The translations under genes and the position numbers were made by a program. A DNA stretch of 64,000 nt, taken from positions 28,026,001 through 28,090,000 of the forward strand of contig CM052818.1 of the NCBI GenBank assembly GCA_028534125.1, in the 5' to 3' direction. Source of the DNA: Lama glama. Taxonomy: Eukaryota. The notes under the pieces are model-generated. The model had not been told where the DNA came from and did not search any database. It saw only the letters and a program-made list of their open reading frames with translations. This document shows, piece after piece, positions 27,155 to 39,134 of the stretch; the stretch's first letter is position 1; every line of letters starts with the position of its first letter.

Positions 27155-28780
27155 TCAGACTTTTTTTTTTTAGCGCAGTATTAGGTTCACAGAAAAATTG
27201 GGTGAAGGTACAAATTTTGCTTTTTCTAGAATGTCATATAGTTGGAATTATATAGTATGTAGCCTTTTCAGATTGGTTGATTGGTTTCTTACAGTTAGCA
27301 ACATTAATTTGATGTGTTTTCATGGCTTGATACCTCATTTAATTTTTTGTACTATGTAATGTTCCATTGTCTGGACATTCCATAGTCTATTTATTCATTC
27401 ACCTACTGAAGGTCATCCTGGTTGCTTCCAAGGTTTGGCACTATAAATACAGCTGCTATAAACATCCATATGCAGGATTTTGTGTGGACATGTTTCCATC
27501 TCATTTAGGTAGATGCAAGGGATGTAATTGCTGAGTTGTATGTTGAGTATATTCACTTCTTTTTTTTTTTGAAATTATCTAATTAAAAATTTTACTATAG
27601 CAAATTTAAAACATATACAAAGTAGACAGAATAAAATAATGAGCCCAATATACCATTACCCAGTCCCCAAACCAGTGATCTGTATCCAACCTTGTCCCAT
27701 CTACCTCACCAACTATTTGTCCCTCACCCACGTTTTTGAAACAAATCCCATGTATATCCTTCCTTCTGCAAACCTTTCGGTAGTAACCATCCTGTTTTTC
27801 ATTCAGCTTTTCTCAGTTGTAGTCTAAGGAAGTCAAAGATGTAAACAATCAACTAGAAAAAATATTTAAGTATTCTGTTGTTGGCAGTGAGGATTGATTT
27901 GGGGATCATGGAAGTGTATTTACTTTTGTATAAACATACCAAACTGATTTCCAATTGTCTGTACTATTTTGCATTCTCACCAGCAATGAGTGAGTTTTTG
28001 TTGCTCCATGTCCTCACCAGTTTTTGGTGCTATCAGTGTTCTGGATTTTGGTTATTCTCATAGATGTGTAATGGTTTCACAATGTTGTTTTAGTTTCCAC
28101 TTCCCTGCTGACATATGATGTGGAGCATATTTTCATGTACTTGTTTGCCATCTGTATATCGTGCTTGTTAAGATTTTTGGCCCATTTTTTAATTTGGTGG
28201 TTTGTTTTCTTATTGTTGAGTTTTTAGAGTTTGTTATATTTTACATAACAGTCCTCCATCAGATGTATCTTTTGCAAATATTTTCACCAAATCTATGGCT
28301 TGTTTTGTATTCTCTTAACACTATCTTTTGCAGAGCAGAATTTTTAAATTTTTGATAAAGTCAGTTTACCAATTATTTCTTCCATGGATTGTTTCTTTGA
28401 TGATGTATCTAAAAAGTTATCACCATACCCAAGGTCATGTAGCTTTTCTTTTATGTTATCTTCCAGGAGTTTTATAATTTTGTGTTTTAAATTTAAGTCT
28501 CTTTTGAACTAACGTTTGTAAAAGTTGTAAGGTCTGTGTCTAGATTCCTTTTTTTTTTCTTTTTTTACGTGCAGATATCCAGTTGTTGTAGTACCATTTG
28601 TTGAAGAGACTATTTTTGCTCCATTTTAATACCTTTGCTCCTTTTGTCAGAAATCAACTGATTGTATTTATATGGGTCTACTTCTGGGCTCTTCTGTTTC
28701 ATTGACCTCTCTGTTCTTTCACCAGTACCACACTGTCTTGATCATTGTAGCTTTATAGAAAGTCTTGAAGTTGGGTCATA
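27155..28780 (-). mobile_element. L1MC-like 3' end and ORF2 fragment, with an internal insert at about 27555-27900
   Basis: TTAGCGCAGTATTAGGTTCACAGAAAAATTG, CTAGAATGTCATATAGTTGGAAT, TCACCTACTGAAGGTCATCCTGGTTGCTTCCA, CCAGTACCACACTGTCTTGAT. Confidence 0.8.
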
Positions 28781-30701
28781 ACTATTAGGTCAGATGTGTA
28801 ACTCTATTCAAATTACTCATTTTTCTTCTTGGTCTGTCCTCTGTTTTCACATAGCCTTGTTCTTGGCTCCATCAAATATTTATCTCTATTTTTATTGATT
28901 GCCCATTTATCTGTTATTTTCATCTCCATTTCTTTAAGTACTCTTTGAAGAAAGTCAACATTTTATTCCCAGTGTCCAGTGTAGTATGTGGTTTATAATA
29001 ATTTCAATACTATTTGTTGAGTGAATAAACATTCATTAATTCACTGATGTTCAGAATTATCTTAACAGTCTCAGTAATCTAGGATTTGGTGTGAACTAAC
29101 ATAAAAATGGTTTCTCCATCTCAAGTTGATGCAAATATATTAATTTTCCTCATTAATATTACACAATAATTAAAAAATTCTATAGATGAATGTTTTCTGT
29201 TGTTTTACTTCATTGTCAATGTTGGTCTCCTAGGTTAATATTAGTAATTACTTATTAGCTAATTATGATGACTGAAACAATTGCATTTGACTCTCAGTAT
29301 ATAAACTGTATTAAGAAATTAAGCAGATATTTAAGTTTGATAAATGACTTGCCCCCATATCTGATGGACAGTCCATTTCAAATGTCCTTCCTCAGGAAAT
29401 CATACACATTTCTCTAATTTGAGCCTTCCAACCCCTTTTTAGTTTGTGTGCAATGGTATACATTTTCTCAGCCTCTTCATGGAATGAGTCAGATCCCCCT
29501 AGGACTGTACCCAATTTCCCTTTGTCTCAGTTATTTTTCATCTCTTGGACCTCAGTGATCACTATAAAGAAACTCTGAGGGGGTGGTTTACCTTAATAGT
29601 GAAATGTTTCCATTGGCACCAATTTTTCAACAGAGTAGTCCACAGGCGAGCTTTAGAGCACATATAAAAAGCTCCTTCCCCTGTAGTAGCCTGTCTGACT
29701 TTCCCTTTCATAGAGAACCCCAGGGATTTGCTGTGAATCATTCCACCTGTGGTTAATTGGACAGCACATTGAGAAAACTGGTCACAAACTCAAATATAAT
29801 CTGATACTAAAGACCAAATAGCAAAATTGTAGTTTATTTTAATTGGCACCCTCCTAGAAGAGGGGGGGAGGAAAGAAGTCAACTAGCAGATTATTATAAT
29901 TATCAGAAACATGTAAGCAAACCCTTATGTTGAATATTTTACTAATTTTCCTTTTTAATTCAACAATCTATATCATTCTACAATGTTTTATTTCATAGAA
30001 AATACCTGAGTTAATAATTACAGCCCTTACTAACTAAATATGACATGTACCAAAATGGGAATTAAATGTCTTCTAATGAAAATCTGGCTGTGTTTTTTTT
30101 TCCCTTATGAATGTAAAACTTAATTTGTTCATCTACTCCACATATTGTGGACTTTTTCTACATGTCAGATATATATGTATATTCCTTTAGAATATTTTTT
30201 TCAAAAATTTATTTGAAGCCTGTTTTCCCTGGGACATTTTCCTAGTTTTTGCTTACCTATTAATTAGACTTACTTGAAGAAGCCTAGCTTTTTTGTGAAT
30301 GGGTTGTATCTTCTGCAGCACATAGGTGGGAAAAACTCAGTTACCTGGAGATGGGAGTTGAGACTATGTTTAGTAGGAAATACCACTGAAATTACTTGTA
30401 AAATGCAGTTGACTAAATATTTAAAGCATTGAGATGTAGAAGGTGAGGTCAGAAACAAATTAATAACAATCTCTTTTAATTATTAGAAATTAACATTTAT
30501 TGTTTAATGTATCATCATTGACTAAATAAGATAGTTGTAGCTTTTTTTTATAGGTACTAAATGATTATTCTCACAATTAAACATTTAGTCGGGATACTGC
30601 ATTGGCTATTGGGAACTTTAAAACTTGTAAGAATGATCACTACATTTAGGAAGGATCAAAAGACCTCTAAGTCAGAATATAGATGCAGGACTTAAAAGTA
30701 G

Positions 30702-31330
30702 TGTGGTATAATACAAAATATATTTGGTCTTTGTCCCTGGTTTTTGGCAAAGAGCTCCTAAAACTCTTGAAGTTTTCCTGGTGATAGGAGTTTTGTTATT
30801 CATAATGCAGCCCGTTAGACCACACTAAGTTTATGCTATTGATGTGATTTAGAATGAGGCCCCTGGATAGTCTGGTGGGAAGATGGGGAGGTGGGCAGGA
30901 GATTAAGCTCTATAAAGCTCTTGAATCAGGAGATGTAATGAGTTTCTGGGTTGGAATACTGGACGGGCAGTGTGCCCAGAGAGGACGTGTAAGCTGCCAC
31001 TTCCCCTCGGATACGTTACCCCATGCGTATCTTCTACCTGGCTACTCCTGAGTTGTAAAAAAAAAAAAAAAAAAAAGTTTCTATGAGTTCCACGCAAATT
31101 ATTGAATCTGAGGAGGGGAACCTAGGGACTCTCGATTTATAGTCAGTTGGTCAGAAATGTGGGTGGCCCAGGTATCTGAAGTGGAGGTGGGGCCAATCCT
31201 GTGGGATTGAGCTCTTTAAAATGTGGGGCCTGTGTTAACTCTGGGTAGTTAGAATTGAATGAAATTGTTGAACACCAGGTTGGTGTCTGGCAAACAGAGA
31301 ACTGGTGGTTGCTGTTAGAAGACACCGCAA
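30702..31330 (+). mobile_element. MER21-like ERVL solo LTR
   Basis: TGTGGTATAATACAAAATATATTTGGTCTTTGTCCCTGGTT...AGAGCTCCTAAAACTCTTG...AAATTATTGAATCTGAGGAGGGG...TTTATAGTCAGTTGGTCAGAA...CACCAGGTTGGTGTCTG. Confidence 0.85.
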
Positions 31331-31754
31331 GAGCAGCATCACCAGATTGTAAACTGCTTTACAGCATGGACCATATACTATGGTATTATTGACTTTTCAT
31401 AATTTCATATTGAACATTCTAAGAAACTTACTCAATGCTTATTAGAGAACTGAGTTGTCAGTAAATTTACTTTCTTAGAACCTATTATATCCTTGTGATC
31501 TGAAGAATTAATGAATTTCCTTTGAAGTGCCTTATTGTTATACAAAATATATAGGTGCTCATCTTTGAAAATGAACTTACATAGCAGTCTTTATTATCAG
31601 CACATATTAGGCCATGCCAGTGGAAGAAACAATCAAGGGAAATATGGAAGGCAGAATTCTTGGGGTAGATAACACTTTACTCTTTGAGTCATAAAACAAT
31701 GAGTTCAGTCCTACTCTTATACTTGCTTATAAGTATAAGTATATACTTGCTCAT

Positions 31755-32010
31755 GTGCCAAGCAAATGCTTGTTGCCCAACACACTTAGAAGCAAATACT
31801 ATGGCACTGAATTCTGAGAAAAGAAATAGCTTTATTGAGATGTCTGTTGGCAAAGAGACAGGAGGCAAGGCTCTCAAATATGTCTCCTAGATTCAGCGTT
31901 TGGGGCAAAACTTAAGGGGTTAGGGGAATTTCAAATTTGGAAGCTAGCTGACTGGGTAGTCCTGAATTAGTTCATATAAGCTACTCCCGCTGCAGGTTGT
32001 ATTCATTTCT
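31755..32010 (-). mobile_element. ERV1-class LTR fragment
   Basis: GAGAAAAGAAATAGCTTTATTGAG...AAAGAGACAGGAGGCAAGGCTCTCAAATATGTCTCC...TTTGGGGC has the antisense U5/R layout of MER4-group LTRs. Exact family uncertain. Confidence 0.5.
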
Positions 32011-32049
32011 GCATCCCTTTAAATCTCAAAGTTTTTAAGTTACAGTTTG

Positions 32050-32395
32050 AGAACTGTTACACTTTCTGGCTCCCATCTCTGTCTCCAGTTCCCATCTCAA
32101 CACTTTCCCTTTTGTCCTTGCAAAACAGAACTTCACCCAGTCACTTCTGTCTTTTAGTTCTGTTTGAGTGCCTCTTCCTGACCCTTAAGTTGAGTTAGTT
32201 CCCCCACCACATGTGTATTTCCACATCTCATATGTTCCTCTCTTAGCACACATATTTATAGCCATTTCTGTATTCCCTTTATGGCCAGAAAGGCTTTAGT
32301 AGGATAAGACCATATTTCTCTTGTTCAAAGCTCTATGCGTGAAGCATGGCTTATGCAGATAATTGATATGTATTTGAAAAATAAACCATGAACAA
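32050..32395 (+). mobile_element. L2 LINE 3' end
   Basis: CCTCTTCCTGACCCT...GTAGGATAAGACCATATTTCTCTTGTTCA...GCATGGC...TATGTATTTGAAAAATAAA. Confidence 0.5.
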
Positions 32396-33670
32396 ATAAA
32401 TTTATGAAAAAAACATGCAAATGCCACCATTGTCATTCTCATTGCCAATATAAAACATGGCATTTCATAAATTATATTTGTATTATGCTCTGGTTTTAAA
32501 TAAAATATTTGAAAGAATAGGCTGATTCCAGTAAAACTGCATTATGGGTTTTATATAATGACCTATATGAGAACCTAAGCTTAATTATATTATGCCAGGA
32601 TTTGTATGATTAGACAATAAAACTGTATGAAATTCTCAGGACAGCACCTATTAGGTTGTTCAATAACTACTAGACACTATTACCACAAATTTCTCTTGTG
32701 TTTTAGTTTTTGCCTTGTAAGGAGAAGGGAAGCAAAATTAAAATACTGATTCTGGGATTTCAATCTACTGTGTAGACATAAGGATAATTTTTCAGTCTGT
32801 TTGTGTAGATTATTTAACTTTGACAAGAGAACTGCTTGCAAAGCAAATCATCACAGGGGTTAAAATTGATTGTTCATGGCATATAGAAGAAGATACATGT
32901 TTAATCTCAGTGCCCCTCGTAAGTTCTTAGCACAATCAAATTCTTCTTAATAATTTAATACTCTATTGCATGATACTGTGGTGAGTTAGAAAGTGGGAAT
33001 TATTCCAGGATGGTAATGACATTTTGTATTTATTTTTTAAGGAGCTGCAAATTTCTTACAATCATCTCTTCAGCCTTTACCACAGCCTTGAGGTTTAGTG
33101 CCCTTTCCAGAGGTTTTTTTTTTTTGGCAGGTATTATTCTGCCCTTCAAGGAAAAGTAAAGACAAAAAGACTGAAAATTGAGTGTTGAGTGTCAGAGTTT
33201 TACTGCCAAGCAGAAAACCCAATTAATTTAGTACAGAGTCTACCATTGGAGGGGGAAGTTGAGGGAGGAGAAAAGTGAGGTCTCTAATGACTGAAGATGG
33301 CAAAGCAAAGGAGTGCTGCTGATTTGTGGGTTAGATAAGCACTAGACTGGCTGCGGGAGACCAGCTGCATGTGTGGAGTGTCTGTCTTAAGGTTATGGCA
33401 TATCCAGCTACCTTTGTTGCCTTTTGACATAACCCAAGGCAGGATTACAGTACCAGGCGGGCAGGTCTCTACCCATATCAGCAGGCTTATTGGCCAGATC
33501 AGGGTATGTCATTACTATAAAAATACAGTAAAAGAAACTTTAGACAATTTCAACACAAATATTTTGCTGTTGGAAAAATTTTTTTTTTTCATTCAGGATG
33601 GCTAGAGTTTTAGTGGACATTCAGTAACTTCTCAACTGAAGACCATGAAGATGTTTCATGATAAGAAACA

Positions 33671-33771
33671 GTAATTTTGTAATAACCTATAATGAAAAAG
33701 AATATATATGTATAACTGAATTACTGTGCTGTACACCGGAAACTAACACATCATTCTAACTCAATTAAAAA
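33671..33771 (+). mobile_element. About 100-bp extreme 3' L1 insertion
   Basis: TTGTAATAACCTATAATGAAAAAGAATAT...TGTACACCGGAAACTAACACA matches 19195-19300 in this window. TSD AAGAAACA at 33663-33670 and 33772-33779. Confidence 0.85.
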
Positions 33772-36700
33772 AAGAAACAATTTTTCTCTTGGTGGCATAG
33801 CCATAGTCATAAACCTTAGTTTAACCAATGATAATCAACCAATCATAGTCAATTGACAGATATAAAAAATAACAATTATATTTCACAATAAAACTTTATG
33901 AACTCTTAATTAAAAATATTTCTACTCATGCCTAAGCATAAGGATATTGTACCAAGTCTTTTTTTGTGTATATCTGTCTCCTGAGATGCATAATAAAAAT
34001 TTGGAAACTGTATTTACTGTACAATCAGTACACAATTTAATGTGTACTTTGTAAGCTTTGAGGGAGATAAAGAAAAGATAACTGAGAAAGACTTCTTTTG
34101 GATTTCTGTTGTGATATTTTATCCTTTTTATTTGTTGTTTGTTTTCTGGCATTATAACTGATGTCTGAGAATGTCATTAGTGTTCCCATAATGCATGAGA
34201 TGACTTAGTTTTTGCAAATTTGCTTTGGAAGGCTCCCAACCTTTTTTTTTTTTTTCCTTCATTCTCTCTTCTGGTTTCCCAAACCACTCTCTATTTAATC
34301 ATAGAATATTTTACTATAGGAATAGAAAAGTGAGTCTGCCAGCATTTCAAACAGAAAATAAAGATAGGAGCCTACCTATGAATAAAAGATATAATTTCTA
34401 ATAGCCTCCCTTGTACTTCTTACCCATTTCACCATTGATTGACTACTTCCAGTGAAAGTATACAGTTGTCAGCTTTGTAAAGGCTAGTTATATGTAAATG
34501 AACTTATCTGCAGTTGGGTTAACATGCAATATTTGATACTATGTTTATTTACAGTTGAAGCTCTGTGTGTAAATATAAAGGGACACAGGTAAAGGATCCT
34601 TCTGTTTAAGTAGCAGGAGAAGAAATATTAATATCTGTCATAAAGCTAAGCCAACGTAGCTGACGTATTTCTTAGGAAGCCCCTAAGAACATTTTTGTTT
34701 TCTGGTTTTGGATAAATAAATTGCCAATATTTTTTCTCTTGTTCTCAACCTCTCTTCAGTGAAACCTCCCTGCTGGATAACATCTCAAAGAGCCCTGAGC
34801 AGTGAGCCCAAGCAGCGGGCGTTCCCATTGCTCACAGCCTAGAGTGCTCGCAGTTGTTGTTTTTGGCAGGGACTCCTCACTACTCTGCCGTCAGAGTAAT
34901 TGTTTCCTTTCCAAAGGTCAAATTTATCTTTAGTCGAACTCAATGTTAATGTCAAGAGAAGATGAAAATACCAGTTTTTTTAGTGTATATAGTCATGTAT
35001 GGCAGAGGGAAGGACCCCAAATTGGACGCTGTCTCTGGAACAACTTTATTAGTTATCCCTTTGACCAACACCACATTATTAAGAGACAAAGAACAACTAT
35101 AGGTGAGAAGATTGGAGTCAGTATTGACCCATCCCTGGCTGTGACTCAGTGTCACACCACTCTGACATTTGAAAGAGTTGTAGGGCATCGCTTTGAAATG
35201 GTCGAGAACCCAGCCATATTGGGAATGCTCTGGGTGATTTGATGGTTTCTCTCATCTACATTCTCCATTAATGTATGATTCCAGGTAATAGTAAGCTGGT
35301 CATTAGCTAGGCTTATAAAAAGCTGACTACACAGTACTCAAGGGTTTGCCGTAACTTATGACTTACTATTGTCACGATTCTTCTGCTGCTGACTGCTTTA
35401 CCATCCTGAACAACATTTTAAATTCTTTTGATTTTAGACTTATGCTCTAAGAACTAAACTTAATTAATTCTTGCAGCAAGCACAGTTTCCAATTACTGTT
35501 TGAGATGCACTTTGAATCATTCAGGAATTCTGCTTTCTACACAAAAGAGAAAATAGAGATTGTAAATAGGGAAATGGAAGAGGAAACTGTGGAGGGCAGT
35601 GCAGATAGCTAACTATGATACTAAGAAATAGCTTGCCTGAAACATAATGGGAATGAATGGAGAATCTCAAGTATTAATAGGTGCCTTATCTGTGCTTTTA
35701 AGAAGACAGGATTTTGAAAAGCTCTTAACTGAGTTAGAAGGCCACATTTGAAAAAGTGGGTGGAAAATCCTACTGGCTTTGTGAGATAGTCTCTTGTGTA
35801 ATTGACTAGTCTAATTAAAATGGAAAAGCCTTAGTGGGAGAATCAAGCTGGGAGGAAATGGAAAGGAAGTTTAACATAAAATAAAGACCTACTTAATCTA
35901 CTGTGGAAAGACAAAGGAGCCTGTGCCTGTTCAAGGGCAGAACTTGATGGCAGCAAAGAGTAGACAGGTTGTCCAGAATGGAGACAGTACTTCGCCTTAC
36001 TGGCAAGATACTCCAACAACATGTTTGCAGTGATCCACCTTGAACGGTTACAGACAAATGAAGGAAAGGGGAAAAAAATTAGTTAGTTTGACCTCCTTTC
36101 TTAGAAACAAATGGACAATTTCCAAAGTCCTAAAATTCTGTAGGGAGTTCGCATGAGTCGAATATTGAAGATATGAAACATTAGAAGGTAGAATGATCTA
36201 TGTCACCACATAAACGTCAGATGCTTGAATATCATACACATTTTACTTTCTGTTTAAATCTTACAAGAGAACAACGAAGCTGAAAAGGGAATAAGGGAAG
36301 GAAGGTCACATGAAAAAATAAAACCAGTACAGGAAACTGGACAGGAGGCAGAAATGAAAGGAAGAGTAATGAGGACATAAGCCAAGCTTGAATCCTAGTT
36401 TGCCTGTGTTACCCAGACCTTTTCAACTTCATTCCAGAAAAGCGCATCTGTACGTCTCTCTGGCAGCCCTGTGTATCCTAGGTGCTCAGTAAGTATTTGC
36501 TCATGATGCTGTTTCTTATCTGTGCATCACCCTTCAGACAGATTTCATTTCCAAACATTCTTCTCCCCTTCAAGTTTATCATTATGTTTACAATTTAGTA
36601 TTATAAAACAATTGATCCAAACCACTTTATCTATTAAAACACAATTTAATGCAGGAAAATGACATTTAGAAATGTGTTTCTGGGGTAAAACCTCTATCAA

Positions 36701-38070
36701 ATTACCTTGCACTCCTTCCTGACTATCAGCTGACTGAATAACAAAGTTTTGCTTTCTTCCAGCAGAGAAGACTAACATACTTTGTAAAATATGTTTATAG
36801 TCTGGCATAACACACACACTTAACTCTTTCGAGCCATATAAAATGCCTGCTAATAGACAATCCCAAATAAGTACGCTATTTTTAGCACTGTGTAATGAGT
36901 GTTTATCCAAGATTTACAAACAGATTATTTTGTTGCCACACAGATAGATAATTACCACTTAAACCTAATTTTATAATTAAGGCCCTTTAAACACCGAAGG
37001 AAAAAATGTATCAACATATTCCTCTGTTAATACTCGTCTTGAACTAACATGCATGTAATATTTTCTTCATAGTATTTTCCTGTCTCTTTGGGTCAGTATG
37101 GTTTTATATTTGGTTACACAGGAACCTATGTTCACATTCCTTCTTCTGCTTCTAGGTATTTAATACCTGTACATACTTATTTACAATAAATTAATGTCTT
37201 CAACTTCTTTGTGACCAGAGAGAAGTTTGAAATACAACTAAAGATGGCTTCTTAAGACTGGCATTGCAATTTTATATAAATAAAGGATAATTTTTAAATG
37301 ATTTTAGCTAAATAAATGAGGACTGAGGATTTCCTTTTATTAATTTATGAACCACAAAAATAGCTCTTTAGATGGGTTCTTAAAGATGATTTTTGTCTTT
37401 GCAGTTCCAGTGGAAAAATCCAAATAAGTTCATTCGAGGAATTTTCAGTGTCTTATGAGATTATCAGAAAGCACTCAGAATGATCTAATCATTAAGAAAA
37501 ATACAATAATCATGCTATTTTCCTACAGTTGATCAAATTAGTTTTTTAAAGCTATTAGGTAAAATCCAGTCATTACCGAAATAAGCCAACAATAAAATTG
37601 ACCAAACACATCTTTAACTTTTTACTTACAGTGACCAGCTTCCACTATTTATTATATAAGCCCTGGGTGAGGGTATATGTGAATCTGCAGACATAGAGAT
37701 AACATCTGGTAAACAATCAGCCCACAGTAGTGTGCAGTGCATCCTTCCTTCACACCTTCTATAGCACCCATGAAGACACAGGAAAAGACATACCACACAT
37801 CAGTAGGAAAAAAAAAATACCACAAATAAAACTAAGACTAGTATAAAAACACAACAAAATAAGAATTAATACTCTCCATTCTTTATGAAGCAAATGGGGT
37901 TGAATTGGGACAAATCATACTAAATTTCCATTATCTTTAAAAATAGGAAGTTGCTATGTTTGAGGTAGCCACACCATATTCTCACTCATTGCAAACACTC
38001 TCATACCTCATTGTTCTGCATGTGTATCTACATCCACATTAGGTTAAGAAAACATCCTTGCAGTGAGCAT

Positions 38071-38113
38071 GTGTGTGTGGCTGTGGTGGTGGTGGTGGTG
38101 GTGGTGGTGGTAG
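38071..38113. repeat. (GT)n/(GGT)n simple repeat
   Basis: Directly visible. Confidence 0.9.
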
Positions 38114-38299
38114 TGATCAGCTGCAAAATGTGATGATGGGAGTTGAAATTCCTAGTGGTCTAGGTGGAGCAGAGTTATTAAAAGTGAAACTAAACCAAAC
38201 TAATTCTGTAGTATCTCAGATAGGAATTCTGTCAAATTGAAAGAACACAGAACATAGCTCTTCTAAAAATTAGGAGGGTTTTTTTTCCATTTATTAAAA

Positions 38300-38605
38300 A
38301 TGCATTGGTTGATGGCTGCTAGCATCATCTACTCAGTGTTGCCATCAAGGACCAAGTTTTTGTCCCTCACTGCAGCTCCTTTTTTTCCTTCCAAATCTTA
38401 TAAATTTTGAGTTAGGCATTTGACTTATTTAGTGTCCTTCCCATCCAGACATCACATCTGCATTCAAGGAAGAATGCAAAGGGGAATGACAAAGGGGTCT
38501 TTGATAAGAAAATTACAAGCTTTACTTCAGTGTAGTTTTCATGGACCAAAACTGGATCATGTTGCCTTGCCGTCCAGATGCAAGGGAAGCTGGAATTTGA
38601 GATGT
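38300..38605 (-). mobile_element. MaLR LTR fragment (MLT1J-like)
   Basis: TGCCATCAAGGACCAAG, TCCAGACATCACATCTGCATTCAAGG, CAAAACTGGATCATG, GATGCAAGGGAAGCTGGAA. Confidence 0.6.
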
Positions 38606-39134
38606 TGTTCATTGTTTGTTTTAATTTTTTTTACACCTCCATGGTGGGAAATGGCAAGGGGAAAGTTTTAAAATCTATTCTGCCATGACTGCCATAGGAT
38701 ACTCTGCTGACTACCTAACATCTATGGATACACTTCAAAACACACTACCCTCTGTCCCATTAAGCCCGTTTCTGTATCCAACTAGAAGTCTGTATCTGTG
38801 TTTTCCTCTGTGTGAGTCCAGATGTGTTACTTCATGTTCCAGTGACCTATATATAAGTCTACAATGATGGAGAAAACAGGGGACAACTGTGATGAAAACC
38901 CCATTTGAAAAAAGAAAACAATAAAAACATACAGTAGATAACTGATCCATGACTCATATAAAATCCAGCTAGTCAAAATAGGACTACCTCTCTGTTCTTA
39001 CAGAAAATGTTGTGTCTTTGGCTAAACTCCAGTCACTGGTTCTATCTTTGAGTATCCTATTTTGTTGATGGTCTTCCATAGCTGCTAATTCTGCCCTTTG
39101 TCGGGGGTACTATTTAAAGAATAGTTGTTGGTTT

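Noticed and set aside
37405..37485. Acceptor TTTTGTCTTTGCAG followed by a short open frame
   Set aside because: No good downstream donor and no recognisable peptide.
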